Source: a virus (lineage: Duplodnaviria > Caudoviricetes). Taken from it: a stretch of 44,852 bases of DNA. This document shows positions 1 through 6,835 of this stretch, one piece after another. The position numbers were made by a program, and so were the translations under genes. Numbering within the stretch: the first letter of the stretch is position 1; every line of letters starts with the position of its first letter. Below the pieces are notes generated by a model. That model was not told the DNA's origin. It saw only the letters and a program-made list of their open reading frames with translations, and ran no database searches. The DNA lies in the IMG/VR virus record IMGVR_UViG_3300022218_000003, positions 1-44,852 of that record. The stretch is one strand, 5' to 3'.

Positions 1-130
1 CATACACCAGCCCCAGTCCTGCCGTGCTGTCACCTGCACCCTGCTGCTCGAACTTCTTGTGGTACTTGCGGATGCCCTCGTCGAGCTGCGTCAGCTCCCG
101 CATTTCCTGTCTCTCTGTAAGATTGCTCAT
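1..130 (-). CDS. N-terminal fragment of phage RNA polymerase (overlap copy of 43731-43860)
   Basis: Near-identical to 43731-43860; encodes MSNLTERQEMRELTQLDEG... Confidence 0.9.
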   Translation of the reverse strand, partial: MSNLTERQEMRELTQLDEGIRKYHKKFEQQGAGDSTAGLGLVY

Positions 131-202
131 TCAGTGTGACTCCTGTAGGTTGAGTCTGTTAATGATAATACCTTAAGGGATACACCTTAAGTGCCCTGCC
201 CT

Positions 203-220
203 TCTCTGCTGCAATACCCT
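203..220 (-). promoter_or_regulatory. Candidate phage RNAP promoter (AGGGTATTGCAGCAGAGA)
   Basis: 18-bp motif present 6 times, all in transcription orientation. Confidence 0.7.
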
Positions 221-263
221 GTTCATCCATCCAGTGTTTCCATCCCTTCTGGGGTGTCACCCC

Positions 264-494
264 CTACAGCCACCGACTCCCGGCTGCCTTCCATTCCTGC
301 TTGGCTATGTCCCACTCAATGTCCGCGTAGAACACGAACAGGGTGCGCTCGTTCCAGCCACCGTCCGGGCGGGCGTACTCGTACACCGCAGTCAACTGCG
401 TGGACAGCAGGTCACGCACGGTGCACACGTGCTGCTCGTGCTCACCCTCGCCCTCGTACACCCGGATCAGGTCGCCCACCTTCGGCTTACTCAT
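264..494 (-). CDS. Early hypothetical protein (allele of 44005-44226)
   Basis: ATGA overlap with upstream gene; conserved protein in the second copy. Confidence 0.75.
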   Translation of the reverse strand: MSKPKVGDLIRVYEGEGEHEQHVCTVRDLLSTQLTAVYEYARPDGGWNERTLFVFYADIEWDIAKQEWKAAGSRWL

Positions 495-733
495 AGCCAC
501 GTACCTCCGATGTCACGCAGCGTTGCGTTCATGTCACGTGCCCGCTCCCGGGCGTCGTCCTCCGCGATCTCGTCACGGTAGTACGCCTCGTTGTCCTGCT
601 CGATCTCGTACTCAAGGTCTTCCATCTCGCTGATGACCTCGTCGAGCTGCATCTCCAAGTCCGTGCGCAGGTCGGTCAGCTCAGCCAGCCTCTCCTCACA
701 CGCCTCGATGTTATCCATGCGCCACTGTCTCAT
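491..733 (-). CDS. Very acidic early coiled-coil protein (allele of 44483-44725)
   Basis: D/E-rich 80 aa; differences between the two copies are mostly synonymous. Confidence 0.8.
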   Translation of the reverse strand: MRQWRMDNIEACEERLAELTDLRTDLEMQLDEVISEMEDLEYEIEQDNEAYYRDEIAEDDARERARDMNATLRDIGGTWL

Positions 734-888
734 GTCAGTCTCCTTCGCAGTTCCTCAGCCACCTCACGCAGCGAGACGAAGCCATGCTCATCCCACCCCA
801 CGTTCCCGTCCGTGCGCTCCAGCTCACGGCAGTCATTGACGAGCGCCTCGAACAGCTCGTCTGTACCTACATCCTCGAAGATACTCAT
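730..888 (-). CDS. Small acidic early protein (MSIFEDVGTDELFEALVND...)
   Basis: Read by eye; 52 aa, ATGA-coupled to next gene. Confidence 0.6.
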   Translation of the reverse strand: MSIFEDVGTDELFEALVNDCRELERTDGNVGWDEHGFVSLREVAEELRRRLT

Positions 889-1051
889 GCGATTCTCCAG
901 ACTACAGCGGCGAACAGCAGCACGGACGCTGTCGCCATGATCTCATACGCCCACCGTGCGGGCGACCACGTGCGCATCTCACTCGTCCAGCGGGCGACGA
1001 TGCTTTTCCTTGCGCGGTATGCGCTTGCTCCGATCTTCATGCGCTCCTCCT

Positions 1052-1309
1052 TTACGCATCACCTCCGGCGTGCGACCAGCCCTTCGGCGCACAACGGGCA
1101 CGCTCACGGTTAATGAGCGCTTGCTTCCACCTGTTCGTGGGTTGTTCCTTGACATGGTTCTTCACCTCCGGCATCAGCCAGCCAATCGCCCGACTGCCCG
1201 GGCGTCCGTTGTTCACTCCCCACACACGCTGCGCTCCGGCAACGGGCGGGATGGAATCAGCCGACTCATTCCCGGCTGCGATAATCACGATCTCGTCGAA
1301 ATTTTTCAT
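1052..1309 (-). CDS. Early hypothetical protein
   Basis: GAGGAG RBS before ATG at 1309; packs between neighbours. Confidence 0.55.
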   Translation of the reverse strand: MKNFDEIVIIAAGNESADSIPPVAGAQRVWGVNNGRPGSRAIGWLMPEVKNHVKEQPTNRWKQALINRERARCAPKGWSHAGGDA

Positions 1310-1515
1310 TGCAAACTCCTCGGGCCTACGCCCATACAGTCCTGCCATTCTCTCGAACGACCCACGTTGTACAAGTGCGCGCAGTCCGTGGGTCTGTGAC
1401 TGCGCTGCACCAACGGTTCCTCGTCCTCGTCAGCGGGCGGCGTGCCCGTGCCTACCCCGCAGGTAGACACGAGCGCACACGCACACAGCGAGACGAGCAG
1501 GCTACGCCTCGTCAT
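1306..1515 (-). CDS. Small early protein with hydrophobic N-terminus
   Basis: MTRRSLLVSLCACALVSTCG...; overlaps neighbours in operon fashion. Confidence 0.45.
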   Translation of the reverse strand: MTRRSLLVSLCACALVSTCGVGTGTPPADEDEEPLVQRSHRPTDCAHLYNVGRSREWQDCMGVGPRSLQ

Positions 1516-2077
1516 CCAACAAGGCAGGGTCAACCACCCCCTGCTCCCCGATCACGTGGTCAGGCTTAGCTGACGCAGCCTGAGCGAGGATGCCGTCGGA
1601 CAGCCCGGTCTCGTACGCCAGCTCCGTGCCAGCACGCAGGTCGATGTCTGCCTGTGTCCGGTCGATGCCTCCGAGTACTGCGAGCGCCTCGATGCGCTGG
1701 TTCTCCAGCTCGATGCCGCGATTCACCTGCGCCTCAAGGTCAGCGACCTGCTTGCGCAGCGCCTCGACTTCCTCGCTGTCCTTCACCTTCTCAAGCAGCT
1801 CGTCGCGCTCCTCGATCACCTCGCGCAGGTCGTACACATCCTCGACGCCCAGACTGCTCGCCTCCTCCGCGAACTCCCGGGCTGCCTCGTACTCCTCGAT
1901 GTCCGAGTCCACGTAGCGGAGCTGGTTCTCGATCTCCTCGATTGCACTCGCGACCCCGTCGATCTGGTCGATGACATCTTCGAGCGGCGTCTCACGCAGT
2001 ACCTTCAGGCGATCATCTGCCTCCGTGATAGCGTCCGCTACATCCTGCACGTTGCTGTTGCTGTAGTAATTACGCAT
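1502..2077 (-). CDS. Highly acidic coiled-coil early protein
   Basis: GAGGAG RBS, ATG at 2077, directly downstream of promoter motif 2108-2125. Confidence 0.8.
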   Translation of the reverse strand: MRNYYSNSNVQDVADAITEADDRLKVLRETPLEDVIDQIDGVASAIEEIENQLRYVDSDIEEYEAAREFAEEASSLGVEDVYDLREVIEERDELLEKVKDSEEVEALRKQVADLEAQVNRGIELENQRIEALAVLGGIDRTQADIDLRAGTELAYETGLSDGILAQAASAKPDHVIGEQGVVDPALLDDEA

Positions 2078-2552
2078 GGTCGTTCTCCTCGTTGTCGTTT
2101 CCGGTCTTCTCTGCTGCAACACCCTCCGTTTCCAGCGGCCTTGCAGCCCATCCACCTGCGGTCTCGTAGTGCCCGCATGATTCACACTCGTACTCGTACA
2201 GCCCGTCGCCCTCGGCCACGCAGTACAGCTCGATCTCCTTGCAGCGCGGGCACTCGACCGGGTCTACGTTCCAGCGCAGCCACATCTCGCACCCTTCCTC
2301 GTCTGCCAGTTCGAGCGTGCACCAGAACGCCTCGCCCGAGAACGGGTAGTCCAGCCTGTGCGTCGGGCACTCAGCGTCCGCACCCTCAGCGTAGCCCGCC
2401 ACCTCGATCCCGTTCTGATCGTGGTCGAACGTGCACCCGCAGTCCGTGTACTTGTACACGAGACGGGCGACGGCCTTGTCGTACTCGCCTTGAAAGCAGG
2501 CGGGCACACCCACATGCTCCGCTAACTGCTTGATATTGTGGATCATTTTCAT
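2070..2552 (-). CDS. Early protein with C-terminal zinc ribbon (CPRC...CESC)
   Basis: GGAGG RBS, ATG at 2552; two CxxC pairs. Confidence 0.75.
   Translation of the reverse strand: MKMIHNIKQLAEHVGVPACFQGEYDKAVARLVYKYTDCGCTFDHDQNGIEVAGYAEGADAECPTHRLDYPFSGEAFWCTLELADEEGCEMWLRWNVDPVECPRCKEIELYCVAEGDGLYEYECESCGHYETAGGWAARPLETEGVAAEKTGNDNEENDHA
2108..2125 (-). promoter_or_regulatory. Candidate phage RNAP promoter (AGGGTGTTGCAGCAGAGA)
   Basis: Exact copy of 18-bp motif, ~30 bp upstream of an ATG. Confidence 0.7.
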
Positions 2553-2800
2553 GCTACTGCCTCCTCGATTGCGGCGAGTGTGTCCTGCACCCACGCCTCC
2601 AGCACCTCGACCTCCGTCGTGCGCTTCAGTCCGAGCAGCTTGCGCAGGTGCGTTGACACCTTGCGCCCGCCGCTCATGGTCAGGCCCACACGCTCCAGCT
2701 TGAGCGCGTGTTTCCATTGGAGCAGTTGAAACGGTGTCGTCGTGACCGTGTCGCCTGCGTCGTTGATCTCTACTACCACTGTCTGTGCTACGTTCATCAT
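2549..2800 (-). CDS. Early hypothetical protein
   Basis: AGGAGG RBS; coupled to both neighbours. Confidence 0.75.
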   Translation of the reverse strand: MMNVAQTVVVEINDAGDTVTTTPFQLLQWKHALKLERVGLTMSGGRKVSTHLRKLLGLKRTTEVEVLEAWVQDTLAAIEEAVA

Positions 2801-3399
2801 GCTCCTCCTGCGAGGTACGTCACGTGCCTACGCGATACGTCCTCGGCGTTGTCGTATGTCTTGTACGTGTTCGCAACGAACTCGCACCACCCATCCCACA
2901 GTTGCTCGCTCCCGCCGAGCGTGTCGCACACCCACAGGTAGTGCTCGATGCTCTCGTTGATGACTCGCAGTTGCGCGTCCGGGTCTTTGCGTTTCGGGAT
3001 GTCGAACTCCGCAGCCTCCAGCCCGAAGCGCGCGAGGTTGTGCATGTCGATGCACCCGGCCTCGCCCACGAGTAGCTGCACGCAGAACCCGGCCTTGACC
3101 AGCCCGAGTCCGGGCACCGCAAGGAAGTCACGCATCAGGTCGTTCACCCAGATGCGCCCGTTGCGTGCGTCCTCGCAGCGTTCGTGCAGGTACTTGCCGT
3201 GCTCCCGCAGGTACGCAGCACCCTCGGCCTTGAATCCCCAGAGCGGAGCCTCGTCGCCCGAGCGCACGCGCTGGAGCTGGCGTCCGATGCCGCCGAACTG
3301 CATCCTGATCGTGAGCAGCACGAAGATGCCCACATCCACCGTGTTGCGCCAGTCAAGGCGCGCCCACGCCTCGATCTCAGCTTGGTCTTTCGCGTACAC
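2797..3399 (-). CDS. Helix-hairpin-helix (HhH-GPD-like) DNA glycosylase-fold protein
   Basis: FLAVPGLGLVKAGF...GCIDMHN = HhH motif followed by a catalytic-Asp-like segment; GGAGGT RBS before GTG at 3399. Confidence 0.6.
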   Translation of the reverse strand: MYAKDQAEIEAWARLDWRNTVDVGIFVLLTIRMQFGGIGRQLQRVRSGDEAPLWGFKAEGAAYLREHGKYLHERCEDARNGRIWVNDLMRDFLAVPGLGLVKAGFCVQLLVGEAGCIDMHNLARFGLEAAEFDIPKRKDPDAQLRVINESIEHYLWVCDTLGGSEQLWDGWCEFVANTYKTYDNAEDVSRRHVTYLAGGA

Positions 3400-3400
3400 G

Positions 3401-3754
3401 TTACACCTCCACCGTGATGACACGGTCAGTTTTGATTTCGAGAATCTCGATCTCGGTGAGTTGCGCTGCCGGTGACCGGCCCGAGTTCATCGCGCGGCGC
3501 TCGAACGTCGTGCGCACGAGGCGTCCGAGTCCTGCGTCGTCGAGCACGAGCGAGAATACCACGCGCCCGGTCGGGTCGCTGATGCTGCGCTCGACGGCGT
3601 CCTTCGCGGCCTTGAGCGAGCAGTCCAGCGCGTTCTTGACCACGAGGATCAGCGCCACCTTGATCGACTTCGGCTCGCACTCCGGGTACCCGTACTCGTC
3701 GCACTCGAAGTCAGCTTGCTGCACGCGGATGCGTACGATGTTCATGCTTTCCAT
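3401..3754 (-). CDS. Protein with ribosomal bL12 C-terminal-domain-like motif
   Basis: KVALILVVKNALDCSLKAAKDAVE resembles bL12 [30 protein letters not shown] RBS. Confidence 0.6.
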   Translation of the reverse strand: MESMNIVRIRVQQADFECDEYGYPECEPKSIKVALILVVKNALDCSLKAAKDAVERSISDPTGRVVFSLVLDDAGLGRLVRTTFERRAMNSGRSPAAQLTEIEILEIKTDRVITVEV

Positions 3755-3787
3755 TTCGTTTCTCCTCACGTGTGAAAGTACACGATA

Positions 3788-3809
3788 GAGCGCACCCGAA
3801 GATGCGCTC
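3788..3809 (-). terminator. UUCG-capped hairpin (weak terminator or processing/stability element)
   Basis: GAGCGCATC-TTCG-GGTGCGCTC in intergenic space, no clean U tract. Confidence 0.4.
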
Positions 3810-3820
3810 GACTTGCACTC

Positions 3821-4315
3821 TCAGTACTGGTATCCGTGCTCAACCGCGCGGCTCGAAGCGTACCTGTCGGGCACCTGCGCGGTGCTCACAGTGTACTCGC
3901 TGCCGCAGCAGTCGCACGGGCACGAGCGCCCGAGTTCGCTGTTGATGAAGTCCACGCACTCGCCCGCAGCGTACCCGAGCAGCAGCCCGAGCTTGAGCTG
4001 GAGCTGCGCCCGCAGTTCGCGCTTGCGCTGCGCGTCGCGCGTCAGCACGGCCTCGCTCAGGCAGTCCACGATTGCGTCGCGGGCTTCGCGAGCGTACGGT
4101 GCGCCCGGTGCAGCGATCAGCACGTGCGCGTGCAGTTCGTTGTCCTCGCACACGAGCGGCTCCACGAGCACGGTCATCCCGTCCTCGCGAGCGATACCCA
4201 CGAGCGACTCGTAAGCGAACTGCGACTTGCCTGCGCTCACGATCAAGAGCGGCTTGCGCCCTTCGCGGACGTTCACGTAGTCCGCAAACACGGTTGCGAT
4301 GTATTCGTAGTTCAT
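3821..4315 (-). CDS. Early hypothetical protein with GxLLGY motif and Cys cluster
   Basis: GGAGGT RBS, ATG at 4315; LGLLLGY...CPCDCC. Confidence 0.7.
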   Translation of the reverse strand: MNYEYIATVFADYVNVREGRKPLLIVSAGKSQFAYESLVGIAREDGMTVLVEPLVCEDNELHAHVLIAAPGAPYAREARDAIVDCLSEAVLTRDAQRKRELRAQLQLKLGLLLGYAAGECVDFINSELGRSCPCDCCGSEYTVSTAQVPDRYASSRAVEHGYQY

Positions 4316-4422
4316 TTCCAGCACCTCCGGCCAAAGTCGATCACCTGCGCGAGCAGAGCCGCGCCAAAAACCAGCATAAACCATACCGCAGCGACATCCT
4401 GCGCGTTCGTGATTGCTTCCAT
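4312..4422 (-). CDS. Tiny single-TM early protein (36 aa)
   Basis: AGGAGGT RBS; MEAITNAQDVAAVWFMLVFGAALLAQV; ATGA-coupled to next gene. Confidence 0.5.
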   Translation of the reverse strand: MEAITNAQDVAAVWFMLVFGAALLAQVIDFGRRCWK

Positions 4423-4423
4423 C

Positions 4424-4774
4424 TCACACCTCCTGCGCGACGTAGCGCGCGTCCACATTCGCGGGCGGGATCACCACCCAAGTCCACACGTACTCCGGGC
4501 GTCCGTCGTCGAGCACGCCCACGTGCCATTCGCCCAAGCAAAACGCGCGCCATTCGGTCGCGTGCCTGTAGCTGATTTCGCGCGGCTCAGCGCCGTCATA
4601 GTCGCTGATTCCCGCGTCGCAATGCACGGTCACTTCCGCGCGCTCACCGAACCCGCGCGGCTCCGCGCCTGCGTAGTTCGTCATCCGCGCGTCCGTCCAG
4701 CCTGCGCGCTTCACGTGCGCGACCGGCTCCCGGCCTCGCGTGCCCGTATCCGGGTCGAATCTGAATACCTTCAC
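4424..4774 (-). CDS. Early hypothetical protein
   Basis: GGAGGT RBS, GTG start overlapping upstream stop. Confidence 0.7.
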   Translation of the reverse strand: MKVFRFDPDTGTRGREPVAHVKRAGWTDARMTNYAGAEPRGFGERAEVTVHCDAGISDYDGAEPREISYRHATEWRAFCLGEWHVGVLDDGRPEYVWTWVVIPPANVDARYVAQEV

Positions 4775-4929
4775 TTTGCACCTCCCATGCGTGCGTTGCG
4801 TTTCGCGACCACGTGCGCGACGTAGTCCCGGTCAATCGTTCGTGCGTGCGCCCGGGCTTGAATCCCGGCCTTGCGCATCAGCTTCGCGCCCTTGCGGGCG
4901 GCCTTGCGGCGCGACTTCGCGTTTCTCAT
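4771..4929 (-). CDS. Small very basic early protein 3 (52 aa)
   Basis: GGGAG RBS right after hammerhead C; MRNAKSRRKAARKGAKLMRK. Confidence 0.7.
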   Translation of the reverse strand: MRNAKSRRKAARKGAKLMRKAGIQARAHARTIDRDYVAHVVAKRNARMGGAK

Positions 4930-4937
4930 TTCGTGCT

Positions 4938-5006
4938 CCCGTGGTGACTCATCAGGTGCGCGTACCAATCGCGCACAAGCGGGACAATGCCCGCTTTCGT
5001 CGTGGG
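4938..5006 (-). ncRNA. Hammerhead ribozyme C (type II)
   Basis: CCCACGAC-GAAA-GCGGG(CAUUGU)CCCGC-UU/-GUGCGCG(AUUGGUA)CGCGCAC-CUGAUGA-GUC-ACCA-CGGG; predicted cut between 4977 and 4976. Confidence 0.9.
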
Positions 5007-5008
5007 TG

Positions 5009-5263
5009 TCAAACTATTTCGTACGCAGGTACGCTGCGCGTCGCGTCGTCGAGCCACTGGAGCGGCTCCACGCGGGCTTCGCGGGTGCGTCGTGCGCGGG
5101 CTTCCTGCGCGGCTTTCGCGCGGCGCTCGTTCTCGGCGCGCAATGCGATCCAGTTCACGTTCGAGGCTTCGCGGCGCTCGTTCAGACCACGTGCGGCTTC
5201 GCTTGCGAGGCGCTGCACGCGCGGGAGAGACTTGCTACGGACTGTCGTTTTTGTGTCGATCAT
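5009..5263 (-). CDS. Small basic early protein 2 (84 aa, Arg-rich)
   Basis: GGAG RBS after hammerhead B; stop codon 3 nt before hammerhead C. Confidence 0.7.
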   Translation of the reverse strand: MIDTKTTVRSKSLPRVQRLASEAARGLNERREASNVNWIALRAENERRAKAAQEARARRTREARVEPLQWLDDATRSVPAYEIV

Positions 5264-5272
5264 TTTCGTGCT

Positions 5273-5352
5273 CCGGGTGGTTTCTCATCAGGCGCGGGTA
5301 CCATTCCCACGCGACGCGCGCACCCTTGCGGATGCGCACGTTTCGTTCCCGG
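5273..5352 (-). ncRNA. Hammerhead ribozyme B (type II)
   Basis: CCGGG-AAC-GAAA-CGUGCGCAUCC(GCAA)GGGUGCGCGCG-UC/-GCGUGGG(AAUGGUA)CCCGCGC-CUGAUGA-G-AAACCA-CCCGG; predicted cut between 5313 and 5312. Confidence 0.9.
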
Positions 5353-5355
5353 GTG

Positions 5356-5544
5356 TTACGCGGCTTTCTTCGCGGGCTTCGCGGGTGCGAGCGCCTGCGT
5401 GTACCATGCTTCCAAGTCGGCCATTTTCTTCGCGACGGCCTTCGGGAGCGCGACGCCCGCGTTCGTGAGCGCGATAGCAGCCTTGCGGTTTTTCGCACGT
5501 GCGGACAGGATTGCTGAGCGTTCTTCGGTGGTTAATTTCGACAT
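5356..5544 (-). CDS. Small K/A-rich basic early protein 1 (62 aa), probable first gene
   Basis: GGAGA RBS after hammerhead A; ends APAKPAKKAA. Confidence 0.75.
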   Translation of the reverse strand: MSKLTTEERSAILSARAKNRKAAIALTNAGVALPKAVAKKMADLEAWYTQALAPAKPAKKAA

Positions 5545-5559
5545 GGTTTTTCTCCAATT

Positions 5560-5609
5560 TGCGTTTCGTGGTGACTCATCAGGTGCGGGTACCATTCCCG
5601 CACGACGCA
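5560..5609 (-). ncRNA. Hammerhead ribozyme A (type III, minimal stem II)
   Basis: UGCG-UC/-GUGCGGG(AAUGGUA)CCCGCAC-CUGAUGA-G(UCACCA)C-GAAA-CGCA; predicted cut between 5604 and 5603. Confidence 0.85.
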
Positions 5610-5990
5610 GCGCGCCCGTTCAAGAACAGCCCGTGCGGGCGCGCAACATGCCCTGCGCGCTCGTAGCCCGGAATCCCACCGGGCGCGCCTGTATTTTCGT
5701 GGCGTAACGTAGCTTCGCAGCCTTTCGGCCTTCACGGTTTTTCCCGCGCGCAGTCTCGCACCCATAGCGCCTCGGCGCTCGCTCCCGGTCGCGCGGCCCT
5801 TGCGGGTGCCCGTGACCTACCGGCGATTGCTGTACGCTTGCTCGCGAGCGCGGCCCGGGCTTGACGGGCGCGCTCACGTTCCATTGCTGGCGGTGCGTTC
5901 TGTCTCGGTCTATCCGTTTTTCACGGGCCGCCCGGGTGGTTCTGCGGCTCCGGGTGTGCCGCGTCGTCCGGTGGTTGTTGCGCCGAACTT
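5610..5990 (-). ncRNA. Structured non-coding 5' leader of the early transcript
   Basis: Several hairpins incl. CCC-GCAA-GGG, GGCC-GAAA-GGCU, GCCCGG...CCGGGC; no convincing RBS-led ORF. Confidence 0.45.
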
Positions 5991-5996
5991 GGAGCC

Positions 5997-6060
5997 ACCT
6001 TGCCTGAAGCCCGGAGCGCCGTCAAGCGATTTTTGGATTATTTCCGAATTATTTTTGAAA
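5997..6060 (-). promoter_or_regulatory. Host sigma70-type early promoter with UP element
   Basis: TTGACG (6025-6020), 17-bp spacer, CAAGGT (6002-5997), preceded by A/T tracts in an otherwise very GC-rich region. Confidence 0.6.
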
Positions 6061-6149
6061 TCCGAGCAAAATCAAGCGGTTACAGGCCGAAAAAAATGGC
6101 CGCCTACCCTTGCGGCAGCCCGAAATGCGCCGAAAATGCGCAGCGAGAC

Positions 6150-6768
6150 GGCACCCGGGCGGCGCACCCGGGCGGCGCACACACGCGCGCGAGCCGCGCG
6201 ACGCACATGCGGGCGCGAGCCGCGCACACGCACACACGCGCGAGCCGCGCACGCGACGCATGGGCGCACGCGACGCGCACACGCGACGCGCACTCGCGGG
6301 CACCTGCGCGACGCACGTGCAGGCACGCGACGCACGCGCACACGCGCACCCGCAGGCACACGCACGGGCACGCACGCGACGCGCACGCACGGGCGCACGG
6401 CGCGCGCACCTGCGGGCACCTGCGCGACGCACGCACGGGCACACGCACGGGCACCTGCGCGCACCCGGGCAGGCACACGGGCACGCGGGCGCACCCGGGC
6501 ACGCACCCGGGCACCCGTGCGGGCACCTGCGCGGCGCACGTGCGAGCGGGCAAAAACATATCACCGGGCACACGTACGCGCGCGAACGACCACCGCGCAG
6601 GCACACGCGGGCGCACGTGCAGGCACACGCGCAGGCACACGCGACGCGCGCACACACGGGCACGCGCGGGTGCACACGCGGGCACACGTGCGGGCACACG
6701 TGCGCGACGCGCGCGGGCGCGATTAGGGTACCGCACGGGCACTCGCGGGCGCACGCGCGGGCGCGCGA
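6150..6768. repeat. Low-complexity short-repeat array at genome left end (GCAC/GCGC/ACGCG units)
   Basis: Dozens of degenerate GGGCAC, GCACACGCG, GCACCTGC and GCGACGCAC units; T nearly absent on + strand. Confidence 0.85.
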
Positions 6769-6770
6769 CT

Positions 6771-6835
6771 GGGGTACCCCCGGGGGGCCGGGAGGCTCCC
6801 TATAGTATCGACCCCCCTTCGGAAAATCGCAGCAA
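6771..6835. other. Probable genome terminus / terminal-repeat and packaging signal
   Basis: GGGGTACCCC palindrome and G/C runs lying between the last late gene and the short-repeat array/early promoter. Confidence 0.45.

Larger units (their letters stand above)
1..860. repeat. Imperfect terminal overlap, copy 1 (partner 43731-44852)
   Basis: Identical for about the first 120 and last 80 bp, diverged in between; the partner carries an extra gene. Confidence 0.95.

Noticed and set aside
1-860. Window-end repeat as the phage direct terminal repeat
   Set aside because: It cuts through the RNAP gene and the copies are diverged; gene order places the true end near 6.8 kb.
3821-4315. Possible SAM lyase (T3 gp0.3-like) based on early position and size
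   Set aside because: No recognisable similarity to T3 SAMase motifs; left as hypothetical.
4938-5609. Three spaced repeats read as a mini-CRISPR array or as DNA promoters
   Set aside because: Spacing is ~300 bp with genes in between, and the differences are compensatory base pairs that fit hammerhead RNA structure.
6796-6810. T7-promoter-like CGATACTATAGGGAG on the minus strand
   Set aside because: Single copy, lacks the full T7 consensus and does not match the repeated 18-bp motif; more likely part of the terminus signal.
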